The notes under the pieces are model-generated. The model was not told where the DNA came from. It saw nothing but the letters and a program-made list of their open reading frames with translations, and did not search any database. 64,000 bases of DNA from Azolla caroliniana (lineage: Eukaryota; Plantae; Polypodiophyta), in contig JBHGNT010000006.1 of assembly GCA_043228905.1 (NCBI GenBank), forward strand, positions 1,612,001 to 1,676,000, read 5' to 3'. Every line of letters begins with the position of its first letter. Position 1 is the stretch's first letter. Shown piece after piece: positions 25,701 to 39,949 of the stretch. A program made the position numbers and the translations under genes.

Positions 25701-28700
25701 TATTGCACACACTAAGATGTATGCCATTTAGTTTATACATGATGAAATTGATGATCATTAGGTACTCGATAGGTGAATTTACACTTCTAGCTTGCGCATT
25801 GGTGGCATGCTTTAATTTTAGGGAGGGTATGTGCATGGGTAATATGAAATAGAATGTTTTTTATTAAATTGCTTACATTTATGATATTTTATATGAACAT
25901 ACATAGAAGGTTACCAAGAAGAAAGCTGTAAAGTGGACATGAACTAAAAGTAGTTATACTTGCAATAAATTTTGTGGAAATAGATATACATGAAAAATAT
26001 GTTTTGTGACATTGATGTGAATTTGGACCAAATTCTTTGGAAACTTTTTTAGATAATAGTGTTAAGTATAATGAGAGAGGAGAATTCTTTTCTTTGGGAT
26101 TTTAATCTATGAGACATCCTTTTTAAATTTGAAGTTTCAATTTGTATTCATCTTCTTACAAATGATGCTTATTTATACTGTTGGATAACATCAGATGCAT
26201 TATCAATATTTGACATGGGTGATGGTTTATGTTTTTGCAGCTATGTCTTAATGTGTATACATTTTCTCCAACAAAGAAAACCTCCTGTGCTACCATGTCT
26301 TCAGGTACTAGTATTGTTTGACAATGCAATATATCTGTATGCTCTGCTGTGTATGTGCAATTTGGTGGATTGTTTTTGCATAGGCCCCTTTTTGGCAGAA
26401 TATTAATCATGGATGTCTAAAGTTATTCTGCATAATTTCAGAGAACAATACTGATATATTATTCTGAAGTCATTATAATAGGAAATAGCTTTGGGTTGGC
26501 ACTGAGACTGGACAGTTGTATGATGGAAATTCTTCTCTCTTCTTTTCAAGGACGGAGCCTTTTCTATGCATGGTTATTAATCTCAGCCGATTTTGCAAAC
26601 TTATATTATAAAGAGATGAAATTGAGCCATGAAACGTGCACTGCTAGCATTCTAAATTTTTTAACATATTAATTTGGCTCATCGGCATCTAGGGAGAAAG
26701 CAAGATATATCAACATCTCTAAAAGACGAGAAAGCCTATGAGACCTGATAAAGGTTGCAGCTGTTTTATTTTAAGTTGTTGACGTGAGTAACAAAAGAAA
26801 AACTAAAGAAAAATATCTGTCTACGCTAGATTCCTAACTCTAAATGGTGTGAAATGCAATCATGAATAACCACCAATCTTCTTTGATGCCCGATCATTGG
26901 AGCTGAAATTGTTGCCCTATGAGAATATCCATCAGGAGCTGATCTAATATGGATGCAATTAAGTCGGCGATGTCTTTCTACTGTAGGTTCCTAAAACTAA
27001 ATGGTTTGAAACGTCAGTAACAAACAATCAGGCAATGCAAATATCCAATGATCCAATATGGTATGCAATTAAGTCATCAAAGCAAGTAATGGAACGAAAA
27101 CAAAAACATCTTTTTTATTAAATGGTTTGAAACGTAATAACCAACAATCAGGTTTGGTGCTTGATCATTTGAACTGATATTCCTGCCCCTGAAAATATGC
27201 ATCTGGGGTGATCAAATATGGTATGCACTTGGGATTGTGGTCCTGATTGGTGCTCATGATGTCCATAACAAAGAACAATGATGCTAGGCGTCAGGCCTCC
27301 ACTTTCGCATCATGAATATTTGCTTGTACATCATGAATTTCCCTAGTAGTGTCCGTACAAAAGAAATCTATCAAAGTTCTCTGCTTAGGTGAGTCTATGA
27401 GTGTGAATCTCTCCTTCAAGGGGCCCTTCTTTGCAACCTTATCCCTACAAGGAAGGATAATAAGCCTCTTTGGTCATTGTACTCCATCACTCTACGGAGA
27501 GGTTCAAATCCTTCTCTGAAGAGAGACAATAATATTTTTCTTTGGTCTCATAGTGGGCAATGAAGTCCATAATGCTCCCCAAATTAAACTCGCGATTGCA
27601 AAGCATGCAGGCAGGGTTCTCGAAAGCTGTTTATATTTTCCGGTCTTTATCTTCAATTGATGGGATGATGTTTGGACCTGCCCTACTACTGTATGAAGGA
27701 CATGGGACATCTGTGCCTCCGTATACTTGACTTGAATAATGAAAAATTCTGGGACGAATGTGAATATTTCTGAATACTAACAATTGGTTTCATGTTCCCC
27801 TTCTAGTTGTATGAATTTATGTTCTCTACTAGCTTCCCACTAAATAGTTATCAAGGATCCATTCTATTTACCCATCTCTGAGATGTATTAAATATCATAG
27901 CGTTGTCCTACTACTGCCCCTCTCCTAGATCTTAGTTGATGTAATTAGAATATTCATTGAGCATTTTGCTCATTTACATCACATCTACATGTCCATTTAT
28001 ATCATGTGCCATACATATTTTGAATGTTTAGTTTCAAGGGATACTCTCTCTTTCTCCATGCATGCATCATTTGCTTCTGTTGCTTGAGTTTGCATGCTCA
28101 TTTATATGTGCATTTTATTATTATCATGACCGTATATCCTGTAGGTTTAGATTTAGCCCTTGCCCAACTTTTTGTATGTGTGACTAAATTGAGTCACACA
28201 TATTAGAAACCACAAGATTAACCTTAGCACATAATGATGGGCATGATATCCCTTATTTTTAATCTGAGCTACCTCATTCAATATTTCTCAACTTTTGTGT
28301 TCTGTCAGTCAAATTTATGCTTTGGAAAAAACCATGGCAATAGCACTAGATCCAAGCTATTTCTTTCTCTTGTCTAGTGCAACGAGATCGCATTTTGGAT
28401 ATGTTTGAATAAGAGAATGAAAATTTGAGTTGGCTTAGAAGTTTGAGATATTGTCACATCTCTCTGTTGCATCTTTAAACATAGCTTTTGCAATCTTGGA
28501 AAAATGACTGTGTATACTTTTGACATTATGGCCTGAAATATGAAGACTGAAATGTTTTCCAAAGCATCATGATTCCTGAATGAATATTTGTTGATTTCTC
28601 ATGTTTTTGACTTTTTACTGCAACAGAAAATGGAACCTACATTTCAGCAAACTGTAGGACACATAAAATGTGCGTATTTTGATAGAGTTGAAAGTCTGAA

Positions 28701-29345
28701 AGGTTTTGGCCAGAAAAACAAGGAGAGCCTAGCAGATTTGCTAACATCGTTCTTCGAATACTGGGCTTTTGGGCATGATTATAGTCACTCAGTGATTTCG
28801 ATAAGAACAGGGAGATTCTTAAGGTGGCTTTCCTCTTATCAATCTTTTCATTTTATACGTCATGTCTTCTAGTTTTCATTACATTCTTATTTTTTCGGAA
28901 ATTTACTGAATACTGAAGTATTTTCAAATTTTGAAAAATACCCTCCCAAAACATCCTTCCTCTCTCTACAATGTGATTTCTCTCTACATAGAGAGGCAGA
29001 AAGTGTAGATAGCAGGTGGGCATTTTGATAAACTATTCCTTATCTTATTCTCAATGCATTGTTATTTTATTTTTCTTCGATGTTTATGCATCGTTATTCA
29101 GTAAAGCGGAAAAGGACTGGACTCGACGCATTGGAAATGAAAGACATTTGATATGTATTGAAGACCCATTTGAGATTTCTCATGACTTAGGCCGCGTAGT
29201 TGACAAGTATAGCATTCGTGCTTTGCGTGAAGAGTTCCAACGAGCTGCAAGAATCATGCGGGATACTGAACCTTGGGTTAGACTCTTCAAGCCTTTTGTA
29301 AGACAACAGGTGGAGGATGATGCTTTGGAAAATCAAACTATTTAA
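22779..29345 (+). CDS. URT1: UTP:RNA uridylyltransferase 1 (TUTase), 6 exons
   Basis: Exons 22779-24602, 24681-25049, 25180-25403, 26241-26304, 28627-28823, 29102-29345. Nucleotidyltransferase motifs [40 protein letters not shown]-associated [21 protein letters not shown]1-type N-terminal motifs GEYLLQLL and DPAVAAMGP. Confidence 0.93.
26860..27230. repeat. Imperfect internal duplications in URT1 intron 4
   Basis: GATCATT..GCTGA.AT...GATC.AATATGG.ATGCA and AAATGGTTTGAAACGT...AACAATCAGG each recur 2-3 times. Confidence 0.55.
27480..27790 (-). mobile_element. Decayed LINE ORF2 C-terminal fragment
   Basis: [18 protein letters not shown] is homologous to [18 protein letters not shown] at ~35770. 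Confidence 0.6.
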
Positions 29346-29734
29346 GCCAAATGGCAAGGAAAAAGAATAGTGTTTTGTGATAATAACTCGTTTTGTTTGC
29401 GGTATTTTGGAGAGACTTTTGGGATGTTCAGGAATTACAGAGATCTTCACATACTTGCAAGGTTCGAGATTTTATCGGCATCCACATTGGAAGCCTCGCT
29501 CATCATATACTTCTAACAGATGCAAGTAAGGTGCACTTGTATACTATTTATGTGAATTCAGCTCGAATTAATACAGAACAAATTGACTGTTTGGAGTAGA
29601 ATAACAAGTTTATATTCCCCACCATGAATCTCACTCTGACCAAGCTATTTTGCTTACTAGCTCATAACATAATTCTAGAATTTACCGTCAGGCAAAGAAT
29701 CCATTGATTTATTTATTGGTATTTGCAACAATTT

Positions 29735-29876
29735 GTTTTAGGAAGCAATGGGAGCAACCACTTTTTTCTCGGTTTGCACACATTGTATCATGTATATGCC
29801 ATATTTTAGGAGCAATGGGAGTAACCGCTTTTTTCTTGGGTTGCACACATTGTTTATCATGTATATGCCATATATC
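29735..29876. repeat. ~67-bp tandem duplication downstream of URT1
   Basis: TTTTAGGA(A)GCAATGGGAG..ACC.CTTTTTT...GCACACATTGT..ATCATGTATATGCCATAT occurs twice. Confidence 0.8.
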
Positions 29877-31428
29877 GGTAGTGATAAGGTTTATAGAAGC
29901 ATGTTTTGTTGAATTATTGTTCTTAAGAGGCTTTCTGAGATCAGGCACCTAATTATTGTGTACATTGAATTGGTAATGCTAAGGTTTGTAGAAAACCTCA
30001 TTTTCTCATATGTTATTGTTTCCAAGAGTTTGAATTCATTATAGGAACTAATTGGAATTATACCATGCATGATCCACGCCTATGATACTATGGAGAAGTG
30101 AAGAATATTTATTTTAAAATATCTTTGAATGTTGAATAATCAATCATGATTGCTTTCCTATAGAAATAAACAGGTGAGCCTCAAAAAAGGCTATTCTTCA
30201 AGCTAGCTATTATTTACAAAAGCAAACCATGAATTAGCAACTATGAACTTCACAGGATTCTTGACTTGATGCAATCTCTTTCAATGTGGTATGCACAAGT
30301 GTCCTCGAGCTTAATTCATGGACAACAAACTTTGCATGCATTGCAAAGGATTTGATTCATATTTTCTAACATATTACCTTATGGATTATGTGAAGATGCT
30401 TTTTGAACCGTAATATTACTTGGTGAATTTGTATCATGACAATAGAGGCTAATGTTTTGGGACATCGCTCAACATTTAGCTTTGAATGGGTCTTATTGAA
30501 CGTGCGTCACAGATAACAATAAGAACTGATCATGGTTGATTGTGATGTGTATGCTGTTTTGGTTTTACAGTATGAAGCAATAAAATTGTAGTCATGGACT
30601 TGGTGCTCCAAAAACTCGGTCTTTATTTGTATTTTAACGAATGACTTCCAACCTTGTGAACATGTAAAAAAAGATAGGTGTATGCAAATTTCTCAATTCC
30701 TTATTGTATGATACATATAAGCCTGTTTCTAGAGTATTCATTGAAGCTAATATGACAATATAGGATCTAATTTGAGTGATGATAAAAAAATAATGATGAG
30801 CAAAGATAAAGTCTAGAAAAATAGAAAGAAGATAAAATCAGAACGCACTTACAAAAGAAATCACTCATTAGAAGTATCTTGTGAACCCAAGATTCTCAAC
30901 CTCAATTTTTAGACATAGTAGAGGCTCAATAGTTAAATAATGCATTCACACTAACTCGTACAATGGATGAATTCTTGTAAGCTGCGATTCATACTCACAT
31001 CCTTATGCACTTTCTATTTGCTAAATTGCATTTTCTCAAACTAGACCCATGAGATAGGTATTAGAAAGGAAGATTCATGAGATAGGGATGTGGGTGATCT
31101 CAAGCTACACACAAGAAGGTTCACACAATTGGTTTAATCTGTAAAGTTTCTCAAGTTGCAATGAAACAAGTAAACACCATATTGCTTTGTGTATACCATG
31201 GTATCAATTGGAAAAGAAACCAAGTCTATCTAGAAGCTTCATGGAACAAAGTTTATGACAACTTGTGACTAATAATCAAGGAATTACACAAGCTTATAAG
31301 CATGACTTGTGCAAGCAACGATGTGAACATGAGTGAATTTAAGTACAATGTAGAAGCTTTAGACCGCTAGTTCTCTTTGAGTCAAAAGAAAAGAAAAAAT
31401 GATCAATTTGTTATTTCTATGTTACATG

Positions 31429-32761
31429 CAGGGCAGGAATTTAACGGGTGTCATGCCTGTCTAAGGCCATTTTGCCCATAAAAAACATACACCCAATAAA
31501 AATGTCCGTCAAGTGACATATAAACTTACAATTTTCATTTTTTATGCAAAAGGCGCCCAAAAATTATACATGTCAAATGACATGCTAAAAATTTAATTTC
31601 CATGTCATATATGTATGTATGTATATATTTATAGTGTCGGGCAAAGGTTGAATTGGGAGTCGGGACTTTTCCCAGCTAGTGGCAACCATTATGGATAGCC
31701 GAAATCGATTCCGGCCAGGATTTCTATAGTATATGAAAATATTTATATTGTATATTTCTTCCAATGTTTCATTCCCAATTTCCCCCCTCTTTCTATTTCT
31801 CCCCTGTTTTCTCTTTTCTTGCTTCCTTCTTCACGCGTTGCTCGTTGCTTTCCTTCATCGCTACTCCATGTTCCTTGGTTGTTACCCATTGCTCCCGGCT
31901 CGCTCACTACTCATTGCTCCCCGTCGCTTCTTAGTGATTGCACGACATCTACTGTTTGACACTACATCACTCTGAAGTATGTATTTTGTCTCTCTTTTTC
32001 TCTTTCTCTTTATTTTCTCTTTATTTTCTCTTTTATTGAATCTTTTTTCTTTGAAGATTGCTCATGAGAAACGTGTATGACACAGTGGAATGCATTTTCT
32101 TTTATTCCCACAAAAATCTACAATAGGATAAGGACTAAGCAATTAGAGAGATTAGTTACATATGTTTGTCCAATATGGACTTATTGAAAGCCATAGAAAG
32201 CATGGAGGAGGTGAGATAGGTCTAATTGTTGATTGGTTGAACCCATAGATATCAAGGAGTATGGTTGTGATGAGGTTATTATGTTTGATTGTTGTTTAGA
32301 TGAATTATTAATATGCACAAGTGATGCTAGAGGAATTTTAGGAGACATCAAACATTTGTTGGAGGGATATATTTAACCTTTGGTTTGAAGAGAAAGAGAG
32401 AAGGATAGTATCATTGAAGTAGACGCATATTGCACAATGCTTAATATGAGGATCACGGTATGACAAACATTTTTTTGCATTTTTTGGGCTTTAAGAAATA
32501 TATGATGATTAAGTATTCAATTTGTATTAATTTTTTTGTATGATTTCATTATCTTTGTTGGGTAGTGTTTATTTGTGTATCTTTGTGTATTTTCTATTGT
32601 AATAAAATGTATAATAATGAAGCATCATATAGATCTTTTCATTCTTAAAACTTGTACGTCAAATGACATATTAGTTTTTGCACTCTCGTGTCATATGACA
32701 TAAATCTTTAAAAAATGCCCGTCAAAAAACTTAAAGGCTAACCCGTCAAATTCAAGCCCTG
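31429..32761. mobile_element. Non-autonomous hAT-type DNA transposon
   Basis: TIRs CAGGGCAGGAATTTAACGGGT / rc CAGGGCTTGAATTTGACGGGT. 8-bp TSD GTTACATG (31421-28) / GTTACGTG (32762-69). Subterminal GTCA(A/T)(A/G)TGACAT palindromes at both ends. Confidence 0.85.
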
Positions 32762-33345
32762 GTTACGTGCACTGAAAGTGCTATTGTTTGAAGGCTTCTT
32801 CATAGAACAAATGCTACCTACACCCAAGAAGAACCAAATGATTTGCTCATCCTAAGGTGGCAAAGGGTAGCAATTACTATTTGTTTGAAACCCCCCCAAA
32901 ATGACAAGGATAATTGGCTCAAGCTAGAGGTTGTTACAATTTCTACTCCATTTTCTTTTAAGTGATGACGCCATCATCATTGGGAAGCCTCTCATTGCGC
33001 AATAGTGGAGAAGAAAGGAGTTCAACTTTCCTATGATTATATTAATACGAGGGAAAATTCTATAGTGCACATGGCCATGGAGTTTCATCACATTGATTGT
33101 TCTAACATGCACTGTCGCTACATTCGAGTTTGTGTTCCACACATTCGCCAACCCTCACATGATCGCAACGGACGTGCACTCCCAATGATTTCATCTGTTT
33201 ATCCATAAAAATAATCTTGAACATCGAGAATTTACTCACGTATATATACATATAGACATACATATATTAATATACATACATACATACGTGCATACCCAAA
33301 CTTACGTATATGTCTCCGGACAATAAAATCTGTGACTCTTTCTGA

Positions 33346-33382
<37 letters not shown>

Positions 33383-33474
33383 GCAGAAGAGAAGTTCAAT
33401 GCCCGAGAGAAGACGACCACGAAGAAGAAGGTCGTGACCTCGACGTCCCTCTGCTGTTTTCCAGAGTTCCTGCA

Positions 33475-36400
33475 ATGGGGAACCTCTTCTCTGCGAAGAA
33501 ACCTAAAGTCAGCGATGTTGATCGCGCCATTCTGTCGCTTAAGACACAAAGGCGGAAACTCTCTCAGTATCAACAACAGGTGTGTCCCTCATCATTTCTG
33601 TACATACTGCGTAAGATACTTGTGTAAATTTCTGGCATTCTCTACGATATCTGAGGTAGAAATTTGTTTCTTGTTACTTTCTTTTCGTATATACACATAC
33701 TTATGTCTCAGTATGCGTCTTAGCTTTTTTTTTACATACCATGTAAATTTCTCTCCTTTTCTAAAAGTTTGAACATAGATCTGTTTCTTCTTGCTTTATT
33801 TTTCATGTTTATTATACTTCTCATACATTGACAGCAGGTATATTGATCTTTATGTATATACTGTGTGTATTTGTTTCGTTCTCAATAATTGTTCTGATTC
33901 TGGTTACTTTCTTTTCAAACCTGCGTGTGCACATATATTGCTGCATGAAATGTTGGTTTCATTTAAACTTTTATGTGTACATGCCGGTGCATTGATGCTT
34001 CCTCCTTTCAACTATTATCTGCATATGTTGCTGCATGAAATGCCGTTTTCTTTCAAACTATTTGTGCATGTGTAAGATTATGTAATGGAAAGAAAGTGAA
34101 GCATTGAACTTTGTGTGAACGTTTCATGCACTAAGATCACTGCTTTCTTTATTGGAAGCGAAAGCTAGCAAATTCCTCCACTTAATTGGTTCATGTTTTC
34201 AGCTGGAGAGAGTTATTGAGAGAGGGAAGGAAGTAGCAGTAGAACTAGTGAAGGAAAAAAAACGAGATCGTGCACTTTTAGCTCTGAAAAAGAAGAAAGT
34301 ACAAGAAGAGCTTCTCAAGAATGTTGATGCATGGCTCCTCAATGTCGAGCAACAGGTAAAATTTACAGATTTCCTAGTTAACATCACTGTAAAATGCGTT
34401 TCTAATGTCAACTGAAACCACCCAGGGAAACGTTTTCTGTTATTTCTGATAATTAGAATTGACAATAAGAAGATTTTGGTGAATTCTATATATGCAACAC
34501 ATATTTTGGTTTGTTTTTGGCTGAAACAAGTGTCTTCTGAGGGAAATATTTCTCATTGACATTCATAGTGATGTAGAAACTTTCTATAGCGATGTCTTTG
34601 CAGGGGCATTGTATATATTGTTCTTCACTTTTCCTGCATGTACACTTGTCTTTTGAAGCTATCAGATATAGAACTAGCAAGCAAGCAAAAGGCTGTTTTT
34701 GAGAGCTTGAAAGCAGGAGCAAAAGCAATCAAGGATTTGCAAACTGAAGTCAACATCGAGGATGTACAAAAGCTGATGGATGAGACAGCTGAGGCTAAAG
34801 CGTATCAAGAGGTATGACCTTTCCATCACCAGAAATTCCTTAGTGTCAAATTCACACTATTGGATTTATTTATGTATGTTCCAAGGTAATCATTAGCTCA
34901 ATATATATGTAGTTATATACCACTATGAAATATCAGCAATTGACCTGGTTGTGAATGAATCTATGTTTGTACTGACCCTCGATTTTATTCCAATTATTAA
35001 TTCCTCCGATTTCTTTTAGGAATCTTTTCCTTATTTCTGCGTCTCTCGTTTTCTGTCTTAAGATCATTATCGTGGATCTTTAGGAAGCTATAGCTTTTTA
35101 GTTTTGTTTTACCAATGCATTAATATCGTTATCATGGATCTTTAAAAAACCAGAGCGTATATTATTGTTTTAATATAATTAGCATGAACTCACCCATGCA
35201 TTAAGGTCATTATAATGGACCTTTAGGAAAGGTAGAGCCTATTTTTTTTGTCATTATGGATAACATAATTTCACCCATGTTTGTAAGTATAATCATAGAT
35301 CAATTTTGGTCTATAACTCATATCGTGATTAGCGCATATTTGTAATCAGGATTTGTGCCATATCCTATCCCTCCTATTCATGCTACAAGAATCAAGGGCT
35401 ATCGGATTGGGCTCCCAATCAGGACATTACAAAGGGGTTATAATATATCGGGCAACAACAATTTGTCAAACTACAATCTCATCACCCTTGCCATCGACAG
35501 AGTCATAGTCTTAGGTGCTTCCCTCACTTCCAATTTCTCTCCATTTTGGATTTGCCTATGCTATAGATCTTGGGTTTGTTCTCAAAGTCGAGACAACGTT
35601 TTAAGATGTAATCTCTTGTTTGGTCTTATAGGGCATGTTAATCTCTTAAAAGATGCTAATCTCTCTTTCTCTCTCATGCCCTCACTTCCCAACTCTCCAC
35701 TAAACTCCATACCTTCAACAATAGTTCTCCTTATATGGACATCTACCCTATGCGCTGTGCAGTGTGATAGGGCAGCTGCGAACGTCATCACATCAGTTAG
35801 AGATTGAGGTAGGCAGATATACATGACTACCACTAGAAGAAAGAATTTGCCAATTGTGTCATCAAGGAATGGAATCTGAAGAACACTATGTTTGTCACTG
35901 TAGTGTCTTTTATGAAATAAGATGGATATACCATTGCCTCTTTAAACAAGGCTTAGACCCACTACACAAGTTAATGGAATACAATGACCAATGGTGCCTA
36001 GGCCTTTTCTTGCTTGAACTCAAGAGACATAGGGAAAAGTTGTTAAAGGACAATAGTACAGCCACACAAGCTCATCCACAAAGAACGATCACAACATTCT
36101 TTAGACCCATCACTCCTACAAATGCTTAGTCTAAAGAAAGATCGGGAGCCCATTTGTGATTGATGGGTTTCTTTTTGTCTTATTTACTTTTATATTTTCT
36201 TAATAATGTTTATTTTATTTTGATTTGTTGTTCTCAAAGACGAGACAAAATTAAGATGTAATCTCTTGTTTGGTCTTATAGGCCATTTTGGCCTCTTAAA
36301 AGATGATAGTATATCATTCTTTCTCTCATTCTTTCTTTCTTACTGCATCTTGACTAGATGCCACATACCTAGGATTATGCCCCAGGATTGTTCATATGAT

Positions 36401-39071
36401 GTGAAATGTAAAGAGATGTATCAGCAATTTCATACAAATGTAAGCCTTACTGAGATTACACAACAAACAACTCACAAGCAACTGCAAACCCATGTTTCAA
36501 AAAGGTATGCTTGTGAAGAGGCACAATATTGAAATTTATGCCTTCATGAGCAAAGACTTATATAACACCAAACAACTCACAAGCAAACTGCAACCCATGT
36601 GTGTTAAAAAAGGTGTGCTTATGAGGGACAATATTGCAATGAATGATTTTTCAAAGAACCTGACCTCAATCAAGGATCCACAACTATGGCATTGTTATGC
36701 AAAATGCGTGTATAATGCCCCCCACTTAACTTCCCATATCATAACCATCAAAGTCTCACCCTACCATCTCTACCTTCTTGATTTCATACAAGGTTGAGAA
36801 GGCTATCCAGAGCTGTCAACATGGATGATTGGTCTGACCACACAGAACCATCAGACTGTCATGATTGGCCACACATTCACCAAACTTTATGGAATGGTGC
36901 TTGAAGCGGAACTCATTATTTATGTTGAGGTCGAAGAGATATGAATCTCAAGTAAAATGAGATTGAAGAGAGGATTCTGTACCACTGACCACATCCTCAC
37001 ATTACTTCACTTGGTGAACCAAGCAAAGCCACAAAAGAAGTGATTGTGTGGATGTTTTGTAGATTTCCACAAAGCCTTCGATACTGTCCCAATGGAAAGT
37101 CTCCTACAAATTCTGCACTCAAAATTCCCTCTAACAGGATGTGAATGATATATGCAATATATACTCAAGTGTCGAGATGAGTTAGGTGGCTGAGGTGGCT
37201 ATTAGTGGCAATCACAAGCACCAGTGGTGTGAAGAAGGATATCCACTCTCCGCCACCTTGAAGCGGTACATCAACAAGGTAGCAGACTACATCACAAGTC
37301 CACACGGCAAGGAAACTCACGCAACTGTCTACATTTTTCTTTATGTTAATAACATAATCTTGGTGTCTAAATCTCATGCTACTCTACAACATCATCTCAA
37401 TGCCCTAGATAGTTTTGCCATGAAAAAGGGCTCTCACAGTAAACATAGGAAGGACTAAAGCCGTTTATTTTCCACACGTCTGTGCTGACTTGCAGACAAG
37501 CTAAGCTAACTTCACCCTATCAAGAGGACCAAGTTGAAGCAGCAAATTCGTGTGTATATCTAGGAATCACATTTACTAGCACAAAGGGACGCTTCTCGAT
37601 GACCCAGGCTGTCAAGGATCAATCTCACATTAAAGGCCTCTTTCAAGGTCTGCTGATTTTCTATGCTCTGATGTAGGACATGTCCATAGTGTTCCAAACA
37701 AAGTGTATATTTGATACCACTTGTTTGGTTTACAACTTTGGTGAGAATGTGATGAAAACTACAGTGGGGATATTGGCTGTGGCATAAGTAATTTTGCAAG
37801 TCTTGCATGCTAGAAGGTGCTTATTCTCAGGTTTTTGTTTAGAGTATTCAATAATTTCAGCTTTCCAGAAGTGAACATGAAAAAACTGTCTTGGCCGCCT
37901 GTCAGCTATCAAATGCTCTGCATATTCAACTCCGTCATATGAGCTGCCTTTCAGTTCGATACTAACTCATAGAGAGAAAATCAACTAAAAAATTGAAAGC
38001 TATAGCTAGTTAATATTCCTTAGTTTATAAAAAACTGTTGCAAATTTGAGGCTATCAATGCATGGCAGAATATGAATGCTTCAATTATGGAGTTTACAGT
38101 TGCTGGAGGATGTATTGCAAATCTCTTTATTGCTCATGTGTTTTTAAGGTTTGGGGATTCTGGGGGTTGATTATTGACGGGATTGTGGATATCAGCTACC
38201 ACTATGTTTTATATATTGGAGACAAATCTATTGCTAGTTGCAGAAATTAGGGTTTGATCCAGGGTTTCTAAAACTAGAGCTTTGGCAGGTTCTCAGTGTA
38301 TCAATTATCTGCTTTGTACTTGAGATTCTTGCTTAGAGCCTGTAAAATCACGCAGAGCTATTGTAATTACTCATTTTATTTACTGATTAAATATAGGAAA
38401 TCCTTCTTTAATATCCATTGCTCATATATGGCAGGAAATCAACGCAATACTTGGGGACCGTCTCTCAACTGAGGATGAGGAAGCAGTACTTGCAGAGTTC
38501 GAGGAACTAGAGATGAAGGTCCTTTTTCCATATATTTTGAATTATACCTCATTATCTTACTCCATTTCTTTAGTTTACGACTCCTGAATGTTTATACTCT
38601 CAGATGGAGCTTGAAGCCATGCCAGAACCACCCTTGTCCAAAGTAGAGTTTGAAGAAGTAGAAGCCGAAAAAGCTAAAGCTAAACCTACTGTTCTAGAAA
38701 AGCAACCAATTGCAGAGCTTGCAGAGAGGACTATATCGCATCCCAGAGGTGAAGATATTTCGGAAAATCAGAATCATCATAAAGAGGAAAATCAGAATTT
38801 TAATACACCAAGTGTTACCATAGGTGGAGAGGGTCATATAGATATATCAGATGCTCTGGATCATGATGTAGATGAAATTTTGAATCTACCAAGTCCTCCC
38901 AGAGGTACTATTGAAGAAGACTCTAAAAGCAATGAGAAGACGGAAATTTCACCAAACCGAGGTTCGATTCACTGTCTAAGATATCTTATAGCTTACTGAA
39001 ATAATGCTTAAAACAAACATTAACACTAACCTTAAGGCTATATTGCAGGAAAGGAGCTCTTGCCTGCTTAA
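33475..39071 (+). CDS. VPS20: ESCRT-III subunit VPS20 (CHMP6, Snf7 family), 6 exons
   Basis: Exons 33475-33579, 34203-34355, 34659-34811, 38435-38518, 38604-38961, 39049-39071. Myristoylation-type N-terminus [29 protein letters not shown], plus [25 protein letters not shown] and C-terminal ELLPA*. Confidence 0.93.
35544..35678 (+). mobile_element. Very short 5'-truncated LINE 3' tail (hairpin + CT-rich tail)
   Basis: Strongly similar to 36225-36330 (GTTCTCAAAG.CGAGACAA...AAGATGTAATCTCTTGTTTGGTCTTATAGG...CTCTTAAAAGATG). Flanked by an imperfect direct repeat CCCTCACTTCC..(T)CTCTCCA at 35521 and 35679. Confidence 0.65.
35720..36340 (+). mobile_element. LINE 3' fragment (CCHC finger, 3' UTR, CT-rich tail) in VPS20 intron 3
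   Basis: [39 protein letters not shown], followed by a 3' UTR with an AGGCCATTTTGGCCT hairpin and a CT/CTTT tail. Confidence 0.8.
36780..37960 (+). mobile_element. Decayed LINE reverse transcriptase fragment
   Basis: Broken frames give [18 protein letters not shown]-like [22 protein letters not shown] and CVYLGITF. Confidence 0.7.
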
Positions 39072-39949
39072 TTTACCATATGGATCCACTAACATTTGGG
39101 TCAACTATTGGTAAACTGCTTGTACATCATGATACACTTGAAATGAAAAATATAATGTCTGTCATATGTGTATTCATGTGAGAATCCTATATTTTAACAC
39201 AAGCCAATCTAATTTAATGATGTCTGGCCCTCCTGCATATAAACTTTGCAACCTTATGAATTGTGCCCCTCTGTAGATTTGGCACAAATCCTCATTTGTT
39301 TTTGTGAATGAATAAGAGATATCAAGGTTTCTATTAAAGTTAGAGGCTTTAGCTACAGCAGATGGCATTATGCTTAAATTATCAAAGAATTTCCAAGTTG
39401 AGGGCAACCCTTTGAAGAATGATCCTTTGTTTGCATAAGGATTTGAGAAGGCTGTGGTTACTTTGTTTTTGTGAATGTAAGTGTCAACTATGGTTTCATC
39501 ACAAACCCTAGAGGAGTGTTTGAAGAAGGAAATTATGAACAGTGTAAGCTTCCCAACTTGTAAAAAGTAACAAGCTTGATTTCGATAATATATTTGGTCA
39601 GTGAAGACTTTTTCTTACCCATTAATTGTCTACACAGTGGCATGGTTAGCTCCATGGCTTTCCTACTTGTTCTAGCTATGCAGATCTGAAAATCTCAAAG
39701 CTGTTAGGAACCATCGTCCTACCCAATTTGAACCACCTACAACTTTGACAACTTTGACAAATCTCTCTCTTTCCTAAAAGTCATGCGTAACCCTCTTTAT
39801 TTGTCTTGACATTGCCATGCTTGGCTCAATGGTTTGTCTAATTGGTCCAGCCATTCAGGTCCTGAAACCTCATGTTAGGGACCTAGTGTCTACCGTATAT
39901 GAATGAACTCACAACATAACATGACAATGTTGTCGTACAGGTTGTAGTC

